Source of the DNA: a bacterium
GTDB taxonomy: Bacteria > Zhuqueibacterota > Zhuqueibacteria > Oceanimicrobiales > Oceanimicrobiaceae
Direction of reading: 5' to 3'
NCBI GenBank assembly: GCA_046758365.1
Contig: JBHIAC010000003.1
Span: 18,019-82,018 of the forward strand
Length of the DNA stretch: 64,000 bases
Shown here one piece after another: positions 37,933-47,865 of this stretch. Every line of letters begins with the position of its first letter. Within the stretch, counting starts at the first letter, position 1. The position numbers were made by a program, and so were the translations under genes. Below the pieces are notes generated by a model. It saw nothing but the letters and a program-made list of their open reading frames with translations. It searched no databases and had not been told where the DNA came from.

Positions 37933-37962
37933 GGCGGGTAATTTTGCATAAAACTACCCGCC
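37933..37962 (+). terminator. hairpin after the pilin gene (partial terminator or mRNA stabiliser)
   Basis: GGCGGGTA...TACCCGCC stem without a long U-tract. Confidence 0.55.
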
Positions 37963-37995
37963 TTACACATAATAATGCAAACTGAGTAGGCACTG

Positions 37996-39339
37996 ATGCC
38001 AGAATACCGATATATTGGCGTTAACGTAAACGGGAAACCCCTTCAAGGGACTATTTTCAGCCCGGATGGCAAAACTGTTAAGAAAAAAATAAAAGAGATT
38101 ATCCAAACCAAAGGTATCCGGGTAGATGTGATTCAAAAGAAATCGACCTATATTTATAAGGTGCAGAAGGGACTCGATAAACCTTATACTGGCGAACAAA
38201 AAGCGTTTAGCAAAGAGGAGGTACAGAAGGCATTAATCAAGATGGGCTATAGAATCCACTATATAAGAAAAAAGTGGTTAGATTTTAATTTTAGAGTCCC
38301 TTCAGATGATTTGGTTTTGTTCATACGAATTTGTGCGGATCTGCTGCGAGAAAAATTTCCTTACGATGAAATATTAACGATGGTAGCCAACGATACTGAA
38401 AATAATAAACTCCGTGAGACCATCCGCGACATTCAAAAAGATTTGAAAGCTGGTGAGGAAGGACAGCGGGTTTACGGGAAACATGTCGAGGTGCTGGGAA
38501 GATTTACAGCCCACATGTTAGCCGTGGCTTCGACCAGCGGCAACATGGCCGCAATTTATGAAAGTACCGCCAAATTTTTAGAAAGGGAAGCAGAATTTAA
38601 AAGAAATTTAAGAACTATTTTATACATGCCCACAGTAGTAACTTTAGCAATGATTGCTGCTATGGGATTTTATGTCATGTATATTTTCCCCAAAATGACA
38701 GGTCTCTTATCAAAATACAAAATTGATCTTCCGCCCATGACCAAAGCAACTATGGAAGTAAGCCATTTCCTTCAGAATTATTATATAATCCTCGTGATCT
38801 TAATTGCTGTTCCAATCATACTTTTTATTCAATGGGCACGAACTGAAAGAGGAAAATATATTATTGACCGAACCTTACTTCGGCTACCTTTAATTGGATC
38901 TGTTCTCCAAAAAACCAGCATTGAAATATTTTCTAGGGTCTTCTACGCTCTATACAGCAGTTCCGGTGAAAATATTACTGCCATCAAGATTGCTGCCGAA
39001 TCGTGCAGAAATAAGTATATTGAAAAGCAAATTGTTGGTATGGTAATACCGAGAATGTTAAAAGAAGGTAAAAGCTTTGTTGAATGCCTTTCGCGTGCAA
39101 ATTGCTTTGCCTTAAATGCTATTCGAAGACTTAAATCTGGAGAAGAATCCGGTACGCTGCGGGAAAGCGCTTTACAACTTGCTAACTATTATGAAAAAGA
39201 GACTTCCCACAAGATGAAAAGACTGGTGGATATGATTAACATAATTATTTCTTTTATCATTACAATATTGATAATAGGGTTAACTTTAGTTTCATCAGAA
39301 ATTGGATTTGTTAGTCCACCTTCACCGCTCATGAGATAA
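37996..39339 (+). CDS. pilC: type IV pilus / T2SS platform protein
   Basis: MPEYRYIG N-terminus, two GspF-like domains, DLPPMTK, GEESGTL, three TMs. Confidence 0.9.
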   Translation: MPEYRYIGVNVNGKPLQGTIFSPDGKTVKKKIKEIIQTKGIRVDVIQKKSTYIYKVQKGLDKPYTGEQKAFSKEEVQKALIKMGYRIHYIRKKWLDFNFRVPSDDLVLFIRICADLLREKFPYDEILTMVANDTENNKLRETIRDIQKDLKAGEEGQRVYGKHVEVLGRFTAHMLAVASTSGNMAAIYESTAKFLEREAEFKRNLRTILYMPTVVTLAMIAAMGFYVMYIFPKMTGLLSKYKIDLPPMTKATMEVSHFLQNYYIILVILIAVPIILFIQWARTERGKYIIDRTLLRLPLIGSVLQKTSIEIFSRVFYALYSSSGENITAIKIAAESCRNKYIEKQIVGMVIPRMLKEGKSFVECLSRANCFALNAIRRLKSGEESGTLRESALQLANYYEKETSHKMKRLVDMINIIISFIITILIIGLTLVSSEIGFVSPPSPLMR

Positions 39340-39341
39340 CT

Positions 39342-41201
39342 ATGGAAAATAAACCTGTATTAAAAAAAACCGACATAAAAAGAAACATCGAAGACAGAGA
39401 CATGAGTGATTCAACCATTACATTCACGAAAAGTCTCAGTCGGTTGGCTCAAGCGCTTCTTAATCGGGGCATCATCAATGAGGATATGATTCAAAGGGCA
39501 GCGGCCATTCAAAGCCGGGAACCGCGCAAAGCCAAACGAAAAATAGTTGATATTTTAATTCATGATTTGAATGTTGACAGAAATGCCATCTATGGCGAAA
39601 TTGCTCGTTTGTACGGTTTTCAAACCATCAATTTAAATGAGCAAACAGTTGATCGGGATAGAATTGAATTTATTAAGGAAATAATATACAGTCTACCTGA
39701 ATCCGTTTATAATCAGTTTCTTCATAAAAAAATATTACCTTTCAAGTGGCATGATTATAAAAGAGATGTTCTGGTACTGGTTACAGCAGACCCCACAGAC
39801 CAAGAGGTACACGAACTGGCCAAAAATTTAGATATTGCAGACTTCGAAGTGGCTTATGCTCCCTTAGAAGATTTAGAAACGATAATTCACGAAGTTTTTT
39901 ATTCTAATAATGAGTTTCTCCAGAAAATATTTGATGAATCTCAAGATATTGAAATATTTGATGACGGTTCCGGGCAGATTGATGAAGAAGCCTTAGATAA
40001 CGAAATAAACAAAAGCCGGCTAACAAACTTAGTTGAAGGTATGTTAGTTGAGGCGGTACGAAAAGGCGCCAGCGACATTCATATCTTACCTAAGGAAAAC
40101 AACGTTACCGATATGTACTTTCGAATAGATGGCAAACTCCAAACCTGGTATGCTTCAACTGAGATCAAACCTGAGGCGGTCATAGCTGTGATCAAAGACC
40201 GAGCCGTAAATATAGACCGATTTGATAGATCAGTAGCCCAAGATGGGTACATTCAAAGAAAAGTAGATGGTTACTATATTCGATTCCGTGTTTCAGTGAT
40301 TCCAATAGTCGGCGTTGAATTTGACCGCCGATTTGAAAGCGTCGTCATTAGAATTTTAGATGACCGCAAAATAATTACCGACCTGGAAAAACTTGGCTTA
40401 CAAGCACAGGCGTTGCAAGACTTTAAGAGATCGATAGAACAACCCCAAGGTATGGTTATTCTTACCGGGCCAACCGGCAGTGGAAAAAGTACGACTTTGG
40501 TGGCTGCTCTTAGTCATGTCATGGACCCCAGCAGAAATGTATTAACCGTAGAAGAACCCGTTGAATATTTGATTAATGGGGCCAGGCAGATAAAACTTAA
40601 TCCAAAACTCAATTTTGATCAAGCTCTTCGCTCCATTTTGCGTCATGATCCCGATACTGTGATGGTGGGAGAGATGCGAGACCTCAAATCAGCCGAAATT
40701 GCCATCTCTTTAGCCAATACTGGACATTTAACTTTTACAACCTTGCATACAAATGATGCGCCTAGCGCTATCTCTCGACTTTATATGTTGGGGGTCGAAC
40801 CATTTCTCATTGCTAACGCCATAAATATCGTCATGGCTCAGCGGCTGGTTAGAAAACTTTGCCCAGGTTGCAAACAACCCGAGGATAATCCGAATCCCGA
40901 ATTCCTGTTGAGGTTAGGGTTTACTAAAGAAGAAATAACTAAAACTACCTTTTATAAACCAGTTGGTTGTAAGAACTGCTTTGAAGGATATAAAGGCAGA
41001 ATAGCAATCAGCGAGGCTCTGCTTTTTAATAAGGAAATTAGACATGAAATATTAAGAGCTAAAGACGAAATTGATGAAGAAGCCATAAGGCACATAGCCG
41101 AATCAAATGGTATGTTGTCTTTAAGAGAATCTGGAAAAGAAAGAATAAAACAAGGATTTACTTCAATGAAAGAAGTTGTGGCAGCTACGGTTGAGCAGTA
41201 A
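39342..41201 (+). CDS. pilB: assembly ATPase PilB/GspE
   Basis: ASDIHI, GPTGSGKSTT, EEPVEY, LRHDPD..VGEMRD, CPGC/CKNC zinc motif. Confidence 0.93.
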   Translation: MENKPVLKKTDIKRNIEDRDMSDSTITFTKSLSRLAQALLNRGIINEDMIQRAAAIQSREPRKAKRKIVDILIHDLNVDRNAIYGEIARLYGFQTINLNEQTVDRDRIEFIKEIIYSLPESVYNQFLHKKILPFKWHDYKRDVLVLVTADPTDQEVHELAKNLDIADFEVAYAPLEDLETIIHEVFYSNNEFLQKIFDESQDIEIFDDGSGQIDEEALDNEINKSRLTNLVEGMLVEAVRKGASDIHILPKENNVTDMYFRIDGKLQTWYASTEIKPEAVIAVIKDRAVNIDRFDRSVAQDGYIQRKVDGYYIRFRVSVIPIVGVEFDRRFESVVIRILDDRKIITDLEKLGLQAQALQDFKRSIEQPQGMVILTGPTGSGKSTTLVAALSHVMDPSRNVLTVEEPVEYLINGARQIKLNPKLNFDQALRSILRHDPDTVMVGEMRDLKSAEIAISLANTGHLTFTTLHTNDAPSAISRLYMLGVEPFLIANAINIVMAQRLVRKLCPGCKQPEDNPNPEFLLRLGFTKEEITKTTFYKPVGCKNCFEGYKGRIAISEALLFNKEIRHEILRAKDEIDEEAIRHIAESNGMLSLRESGKERIKQGFTSMKEVVAATVEQ

Positions 41202-41432
41202 GGAATGGCTTTTGAGGAATAAGGGTATAAGGTATAAGGAAATATGGTATTCGTGTTCGGACTAATAAATGGGGAATTAAATTCCTTTCTCATCGTGTGT
41301 TCGGGATTCCAAATCCCGAACGAGCTAGTAATTTATCGTGCAAAAAAAATAATTAATAATACTATCAATAACTATTTTTACTGCGCTGCGGTTAATTTTA
41401 GCAGTATTAACTTGTGAGTTTAACAAAGTCCG

Positions 41433-42665
41433 ATGGATTTTCAAAAAACCAGACAAATTATAAAAAAACTTTCCAAGGATATCAAACCACATTTATTTGG
41501 TGAGACGCGTTGGATCTTTATCAATAATTTGCTGGAAGAACAGCCCGACGAAATCAAATTAGCAATAAAAAGTCATTTTGATGCCTTTCTAAAAAGGATG
41601 AAAAAATTAGAGGCATCAGATATTGACTTAGGAGGTCCAGGGTGTAGAAATCAAATTTGGTACCGAATTTTTGGCAACAAAAAACCAGATTCGATTTTTA
41701 AAGAATACAGCATCGACGAAACGGACCTTTTAATTTGCAATATACTCACCAAATCTGAACGTAAGAAACTTTATAAGCAACGTAATCTAGACTTTTCTTA
41801 TAGAGTTTATGATAATGAAAGTAATGTTTGGACGCGATTTCGGGCCACGGTCTATTTTGATCTTCTCCATTTGACTGTGAATATGCGTCGTATAAACGAC
41901 CAAATCATACCCTTTACCCAACTTGGCCTTCACGAAGAGGTGGCCAAAGCACTGAGCTTAAAGTATCAAAAATCTGGCTTGATTTTGGTGACGGGCATCA
42001 CAGGTTCAGGAAAAAGTACTACCTTGGACTCCATTATCGATGCCAACAACAAAACCATGGAGTCTCACATTGTAATTATATCGGATCCGATTGAATATGT
42101 TCATATACCTATCAAATCTATTGTAAAACATCGAGAAATTGGCCGGGATGTCCATTCATTTAAAGAAGGTACAATTCAAGCTTTGCGTCAGGATCCGGAT
42201 ATTATCATAATCGGAGAGATGCGGGATGCGGGCACCATCATGACTGTTTTAGAGGTGGTGGACAGCGGCCACAAAGTTTTTTCAACCCTTCATACCTCAT
42301 CTGCGGTCGAGAGTATTGACCGCATTCTTGGGGAAATACCACCCGAAGAGCAAAATCGTATTCAGTCAAGATTAGCAGATGTTTTAACCTGTGTTATTTC
42401 ACAAAAATTGATTCCCAGTAATGATGGCAAACAGGTTCTCGCTAAGGAAGTCATGCTAACCAATTCCTCGATTAGGACCGCGATCAGAAATAACAATACC
42501 GGGGAGATTTATCAAATTATTCATCAGTCAAATGAACATGGTATGAATACCATGGAACAGGATTTAGCAAGATTGTATTCAGACAATACAATATCTTATT
42601 TCGAGGCTTATATCAACGCTAATAATAAAAAGAGATTTGAAGAATTAGTAAAGTACAGTTATTAA
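41433..42665 (+). CDS. pilT: retraction ATPase PilT/PilU
   Basis: GITGSGKSTT, DPIEY, ALRQDPD..GEMRD, GH.VFSTLHT, SIRTAIR. Confidence 0.9.
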   Translation: MDFQKTRQIIKKLSKDIKPHLFGETRWIFINNLLEEQPDEIKLAIKSHFDAFLKRMKKLEASDIDLGGPGCRNQIWYRIFGNKKPDSIFKEYSIDETDLLICNILTKSERKKLYKQRNLDFSYRVYDNESNVWTRFRATVYFDLLHLTVNMRRINDQIIPFTQLGLHEEVAKALSLKYQKSGLILVTGITGSGKSTTLDSIIDANNKTMESHIVIISDPIEYVHIPIKSIVKHREIGRDVHSFKEGTIQALRQDPDIIIIGEMRDAGTIMTVLEVVDSGHKVFSTLHTSSAVESIDRILGEIPPEEQNRIQSRLADVLTCVISQKLIPSNDGKQVLAKEVMLTNSSIRTAIRNNNTGEIYQIIHQSNEHGMNTMEQDLARLYSDNTISYFEAYINANNKKRFEELVKYSY

Positions 42666-42668
42666 AAC

Positions 42669-44333
42669 ATGAAATCAAAACTGGCTATTGGAATTGCAAT
42701 TAACGGAAATGAGGTTAGAGCAGCCTGTCTCAGCCTCGTTAGGGGAAAAGCCTGCATCATGGCGTTAGAATCGACCACTCTGACTTCGCCATTAGAAAAT
42801 TCAAAACAATCTGATAAAAATCAAGAGAATGTTTCAAACGAATTAGAAAAGGCCTTTAACATCGATGATCCGCTTACCAAAAAAGATGAACAAGAGGAAG
42901 AGGTTTCTGAAAGTTCGAGCCAAGAAAACAATGTAAGTATTGTTTATTCATTAATTGATAAATTTCATGATTACAATACAAATGTAGGGGTTAATGCTCC
43001 CATCTTAACGGTGAAGTATGACCATCTAAACACGGAAAATATTTCCAAAGATAAAAATTTCAAAAAAAAGATTAAACAAAAAATCGATATCTGGGGAAAC
43101 GATGATGAATCCAAACGGACTAATTACCTGAACATTAGCAGTGATAAGATTCTTAAAATAGATTATGAATACCACCCTCCTATTGTAGACCTGATTGAAG
43201 AAGTCAACCAGTTCCGGGCAGGTCATTTGAATATAGTGCTTATGGATACCAATGAACTGGCCTTGGTGGATCTAGTTAAGGAAATTTACAAACTGAAAAA
43301 AGAGGATATTGCGGCCATTATTTATATCGAACAAGATTTCTCAAGGGTCATCTTCTTAAAAGGTCAAACAATTCATCACATCACCCCTATTATTCACAAG
43401 GGAAGCTTATCCCCGGATGTAATGGATGTCATTTATCGCAAGATTATTTACGCACAAGATCAACATTTTATTCCAGAGTTAAACAATATATTTTTGGCAT
43501 CCCACTGTTCAAAACTGAAGGCCAAACGGTATTTCAGACAAAAATTTCCTTACGCAATCACAGGTTATATAAATTCCAAAAAGATTTTATCAGAACTACG
43601 GTTTAAGGACCGCGGGCTTCTTTTTTCACGATATGCGATTGCGATAGCCTTAGCATGGAAAGCTTTGCAAAAAAGAGTTGTATCCTCAAGAAGCACAAAT
43701 TTTCTTCCTGATTATTTATTAGAACGGCAAAAAATGCCAAAGTTGGCCTTTCACGGTTATATCCTATTAATACTTTTAGGGCTAACCGCTTTTGCTTTCA
43801 CTTGGATGCTTATTACTAAAAATGTTCAAATCAGAAATGTCACTCAAAAAAACAATCTCATAAAGTCACAATTTGAAAATAATCAATCTTTAGCAGATAA
43901 GGTAAAACATTTTGATGAACAAATTATTGAATTCCAGAAAAAAATTGCCTTAGTCGATAGCTTTAGTCAGGGCTATGATGAAACCATCCAATTTCTTAAT
44001 AAACTAAATCAAAGTATTCGTAAAACAGGGGATATCTGGATAACTCAGTTAAACAAACAAGGCAATTTGGTAAATGTTAAAGGCATGTCCAAGCGGCGTG
44101 GAAAAATACCAATTCTTTCCAATACTATTGGTGGAGCTAGTTTAAAAAAAGTAACCAGATCCGAATTTCATCAAACCAAAGTCTTTACTTTTCAAATGGA
44201 CAAGAAGATCGATGGAAATGTTAAAACTCAAAATTTAAGCTTACTTTCAGTGATAAAAGGCAAAGAGGCTGAAACTAATAAAGGGATAAACAACATTTCA
44301 AAATCCAAAGTCAATTCTAAAAGTTCAAAATAA
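42669..44333 (+). CDS. PilM-PilN-like fusion
   Basis: AIGIAING actin-like start, NFLP before a TM, coiled coil, IWITQL..V.VKG PilN-like tail; position. Confidence 0.7.
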   Translation: MKSKLAIGIAINGNEVRAACLSLVRGKACIMALESTTLTSPLENSKQSDKNQENVSNELEKAFNIDDPLTKKDEQEEEVSESSSQENNVSIVYSLIDKFHDYNTNVGVNAPILTVKYDHLNTENISKDKNFKKKIKQKIDIWGNDDESKRTNYLNISSDKILKIDYEYHPPIVDLIEEVNQFRAGHLNIVLMDTNELALVDLVKEIYKLKKEDIAAIIYIEQDFSRVIFLKGQTIHHITPIIHKGSLSPDVMDVIYRKIIYAQDQHFIPELNNIFLASHCSKLKAKRYFRQKFPYAITGYINSKKILSELRFKDRGLLFSRYAIAIALAWKALQKRVVSSRSTNFLPDYLLERQKMPKLAFHGYILLILLGLTAFAFTWMLITKNVQIRNVTQKNNLIKSQFENNQSLADKVKHFDEQIIEFQKKIALVDSFSQGYDETIQFLNKLNQSIRKTGDIWITQLNKQGNLVNVKGMSKRRGKIPILSNTIGGASLKKVTRSEFHQTKVFTFQMDKKIDGNVKTQNLSLLSVIKGKEAETNKGINNISKSKVNSKSSK

Positions 44334-45235
44334 TGTTTGCAAGAAGAAATAGTATAACTTTAGTTATAATATGGATATTACTGCTCATTATCGGAGTCTT
44401 TTGGTACATAAAAGATACCCGGAAATTGGTTGAAGTGTTTAATCAACAACGCAATCTATCAAATCTTTTATCTAAATCGCAAAAAGAAATCAAAAGGCTT
44501 ACGGAAGTCGAAAAATTACATGATGAACTAAGAGAGCAGTGGTTGAATTCGTCGAAGAAAATTATTACGGCTGACGAGCCATCTTTTTCACTGTCCTACA
44601 TTAACTGGATAAGCTCTAAAAATAATCTATCTTTGGACTATGATTTTGTTTTAAATGAAAAAAAGAAGTCCGGTAACTTTATTAAATTTGTGTATACTCT
44701 GTCTGGGGAAGGTACCTATAATGAAATATATAAATTGATTTGGTATCTCACTTACGAACCAATTTTATATAAAATAAATTCGATTAGTCTCAGTCGCACT
44801 GATGAAAATTCTGAATTACTAAAATTTAATATAAAACTACAAGGATTCACAGTGGAAAATGAATCTGAGATAAGTGAAGATTTTACTGATCTAATACCCA
44901 CAAACCAAAAGGTAGTGAAGCTCCAAAATGATATATTTTCACCCTTGGTTAAATCAAAACCAGTGGTAGTAAAGACACCAAAACGTGAAAAACCCAAACT
45001 TCCGCCTAAATTACCAGGACAAATTGACGTTGAAAAAGCAATGTTAAAGGCGGTTACCAATAACTCAATTTTTATTTCAGAGGGAAATAGTGGGGTTGTA
45101 GAATTAAAAATTGGTGATCCTGTGTATTTAGGCAAGTTGGTTGGAATAAATCAAAAAACTAATGAAGCGGAATTTATCATAACTAAATTTGGGAAATCTC
45201 AACGAATAATTTTAGGAATTGACCATCGAAAGTGA
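44333..45235 (+). CDS. PilO-PilP-like fusion
   Basis: TM, coiled coil, GEGTYNEIYKLI PilO-like; DIFSPL + Pro-rich linker + LKIGD.VYLGKL PilP-like. Confidence 0.7.
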   Translation: MFARRNSITLVIIWILLLIIGVFWYIKDTRKLVEVFNQQRNLSNLLSKSQKEIKRLTEVEKLHDELREQWLNSSKKIITADEPSFSLSYINWISSKNNLSLDYDFVLNEKKKSGNFIKFVYTLSGEGTYNEIYKLIWYLTYEPILYKINSISLSRTDENSELLKFNIKLQGFTVENESEISEDFTDLIPTNQKVVKLQNDIFSPLVKSKPVVVKTPKREKPKLPPKLPGQIDVEKAMLKAVTNNSIFISEGNSGVVELKIGDPVYLGKLVGINQKTNEAEFIITKFGKSQRIILGIDHRK

Positions 45236-45316
45236 CTTATATCCTAACTTGGCGGAGCTGCAAGTAGAATCAATCCCGAATAAGTTTTGGGATTCGATCT
45301 AATAAAAGAGAAACGG

Positions 45317-45421
45317 ATTGTTCCATTGTTCGATTGTTGAGCCTGAGGAACTGTCGCGGCCAGTATGTATTCATATTTCCAAGAATATAGCAATTTAACA
45401 ATTCAACAATAGAACAATCCC
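45317..45421. repeat. inverted octamer arrays (ATTGTTxx)n / (xxAACAAT)n
   Basis: ATTGTTCC ATTGTTCG ATTGTTGA ... AACAATTC AACAATAG AACAATCC. Confidence 0.65.
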
Positions 45422-45534
45422 CATTTATTATTCCGTGATATATAAAAGTTCTTTGCAAAAAAAACAAAGATTTGATTGATAATACTATAAGGGCATTGGA
45501 ACACATAGAGACAAAATCAATTAACAAGGCAAAT

Positions 45535-46743
45535 ATGATGAAATATGACAATTGGAAGTATGTAGTCCAATTTGCACTACTTCTTTTATTCGCGGTTAAA
45601 TTACTATCGCAGGAAACCATTCCCAGAGAATACAATCCCAACGAATTTGTGTCATTTGACAGAAGTCTTTCAATGAAAACAGCGTTGGATATTTTAAGCC
45701 AATTTAGTTCAAGATATGAAGGGAAAATTATCATTGATCCACAAGGACAGTCGGGGTCTATTGGCGTGATGGTGAACAACATGTACTGGAAAAGAGCCCT
45801 GGAGTACATTTTACGCTCTAACCTGTTGAAATATGTTGAGCACGAAAAGTATTACGAAGTAGTTCCCTTAACTGCTGTCAAGAAACCTGAAATTGGGAAA
45901 AAAATAATTAATCAAACAACAAGAGAGATTGAAATTCATGCGATCTTTTTTGAGGCGGATTATCAGGCTCTGGTTGAGGCTGGTATTGATTGGTCGGCCA
46001 TTAGAAATGGCAAAGTTTCTGTCACCGGTAATTTTGCATCCGAGGTAACTAAAGATTTATTCTCCGCTGGCTATATTGATAGTTATGGCAAGTGGGATAT
46101 TTTCGCTCTGCTTCGCACATTTGAAACCATGGACAAGGGTGAAATCATTGCCAATCCACAAATAAAAGTTATGGAAGGGGAAGAGGGTAAAATTAAGGTA
46201 GGGACAAATTTCTATTTGACCACCCGAGATTTTGCCGGAAATACGCGCTTTACTGAATATGAATCCGGAATTATCTTGACTGTAACCCCACAAGTAATGG
46301 GTGATAGGGATTCACTATTTATCCATTTGGATATTAAGGCAGAGCGCAGTAGTGTTATTCCGGATCCTGTAAATGTAACTAAAGTCATTACGGAGAGCCA
46401 CACTCAAGTTCTTCTTCTGAATGGGGAGGATACCGCAATTGCAGGCTTATTTTCAAATGAGGTGCGAAATGTAAGGAGAGGCATTCCATTTTTGAAGGAT
46501 CTGCCTCCCTGGTTTTTTGGCCTACGCTATATTTTTGGATTTTCATCAAAATCAGTTAAGAAAAAAGAATTGATCATTTTACTGCAAGCCAATGTCATGC
46601 CTACCATAGCCGAGCGGCTTAGCATGAGATTAGGCAAAAGAAACTATATAGAACAAAAAAGATTGGAATTTAGAAGAAGGTTGCAGAAACTAAAAAATAA
46701 AAACGGGACAAATAGTAAAATTTATAGACGCCGCAAAAAATAA
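45535..46743 (+). CDS. pilQ: short secretin (PilQ/GspD)
   Basis: Signal peptide; IIANPQI, GIILTVTP, TQVLL.NGE..IAGL, GIPFLKDLP, ELIILL. Confidence 0.9.
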   Translation: MMKYDNWKYVVQFALLLLFAVKLLSQETIPREYNPNEFVSFDRSLSMKTALDILSQFSSRYEGKIIIDPQGQSGSIGVMVNNMYWKRALEYILRSNLLKYVEHEKYYEVVPLTAVKKPEIGKKIINQTTREIEIHAIFFEADYQALVEAGIDWSAIRNGKVSVTGNFASEVTKDLFSAGYIDSYGKWDIFALLRTFETMDKGEIIANPQIKVMEGEEGKIKVGTNFYLTTRDFAGNTRFTEYESGIILTVTPQVMGDRDSLFIHLDIKAERSSVIPDPVNVTKVITESHTQVLLLNGEDTAIAGLFSNEVRNVRRGIPFLKDLPPWFFGLRYIFGFSSKSVKKKELIILLQANVMPTIAERLSMRLGKRNYIEQKRLEFRRRLQKLKNKNGTNSKIYRRRKK

Positions 46744-46757
46744 TTTGGAAAAATAAG

Positions 46758-47249
46758 ATGGGACAGCGGGAACTCTTGCTGACGATTGGGGCTATTATTA
46801 TCTTTTCTATATCAAGCTTTTCGGTTAACCAATTAGCTTTAAGAAACAGTGAGGCAATCTACATGCAACAAGCTGAATTTTATGCTGTGAAATTGGCCCA
46901 GCAGTTTATTGAGGAAGCCAAGATTAAGGCATTTGATGAGACGACAATTGTGGGTAATCCTGTATCTATACCCAGCGATTTTAAATCTATCCCAATGGGA
47001 CCTGAAGGGGGTGAGACTTATCCCAATTTCGACGATGTAGATGATTTTAATGGCTTCTCAACGTCAATAGCCACGAATATAGGAGCAATGACGATAAGCC
47101 TCTCTGTGGATTATGTGAACGAAACGGATCTAGATTCGGTTGTTACCACCCAGACCTTCTACAAAAAGATGAGCGTGACAGTGCAAAGTGACTATTTGAC
47201 GAATCTGGTAACGGCTCATTATGTTTTTGCATATCAGAAAAATCCTTAA
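46758..47249 (+). CDS. minor pilin-like protein (PilV-like)
   Basis: MGQRELLLTIGAII helix; FDDVDDFNG; K.M.VTV tail. Confidence 0.7.
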   Translation: MGQRELLLTIGAIIIFSISSFSVNQLALRNSEAIYMQQAEFYAVKLAQQFIEEAKIKAFDETTIVGNPVSIPSDFKSIPMGPEGGETYPNFDDVDDFNGFSTSIATNIGAMTISLSVDYVNETDLDSVVTTQTFYKKMSVTVQSDYLTNLVTAHYVFAYQKNP

Positions 47250-47263
47250 TAATTGATTAAATC

Positions 47264-47836
47264 ATGGACTCTAATATTCAGCTCATCGGTAGTATAGTTA
47301 TTGGAAGTATTTTTCTTTTGGGCGTGCTGAGTTTTTACGGGGGCGTATTCGATTTTTCTCATGAAAAGACCTTTGAACTCCTCACTCAGGAAACCATCGC
47401 TTCGCTCATGGAAATTATAGAACACGACTTTCAGAAGATTGGTAGCGGCCTCCCTTTCCCAGCGATGGCAATTACTGATTCCAATACTATCACCTTTTTG
47501 GGCGATATAGATGAAGACGGCGTTGTGGATACAGTAAGATACTCTTTAAGCGACACTTTGGCAGCCTCATCTACACCCAATCCTAACGATGTGATTCTCT
47601 ATCGCGACGTCAACAGCATCAGAACCATTGATACCCCAGCCGGAGTTACAGCTTTTACAGTTACTTTGCTCGATGAGTTTGGAAACCCCACCACTGAATT
47701 AATGGATATCAGGAGGCTAAATGTTTCTTTAACCGTTGAAAGCCTATTTCTATACGATGGAAGATACGCAAGAGCGGTGTGGCAAGAAAGTTTCGCACCA
47801 ATAAATCTTTACAAAAAAACGTTTACAAACTTTTAG
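47264..47836 (+). CDS. minor pilin-like protein (PilW-like)
   Basis: N-terminal hydrophobic helix, DFQKIG, DIDEDGVVD, P.NL tail. Confidence 0.7.
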   Translation: MDSNIQLIGSIVIGSIFLLGVLSFYGGVFDFSHEKTFELLTQETIASLMEIIEHDFQKIGSGLPFPAMAITDSNTITFLGDIDEDGVVDTVRYSLSDTLAASSTPNPNDVILYRDVNSIRTIDTPAGVTAFTVTLLDEFGNPTTELMDIRRLNVSLTVESLFLYDGRYARAVWQESFAPINLYKKTFTNF

Positions 47837-47865
47837 TCTTAATCATATAAAATCTGCGTCTAAAA

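Noticed and set aside
45270..45809. 179-aa antisense ORF and the other short antisense ORFs in the track
   Set aside because: Shadows of well-supported opposite-strand genes or repeats
37996..46743. Plain type II secretion system
   Set aside because: A PilT-type second ATPase favours a retractile type IV pilus, although secretion cannot be excluded
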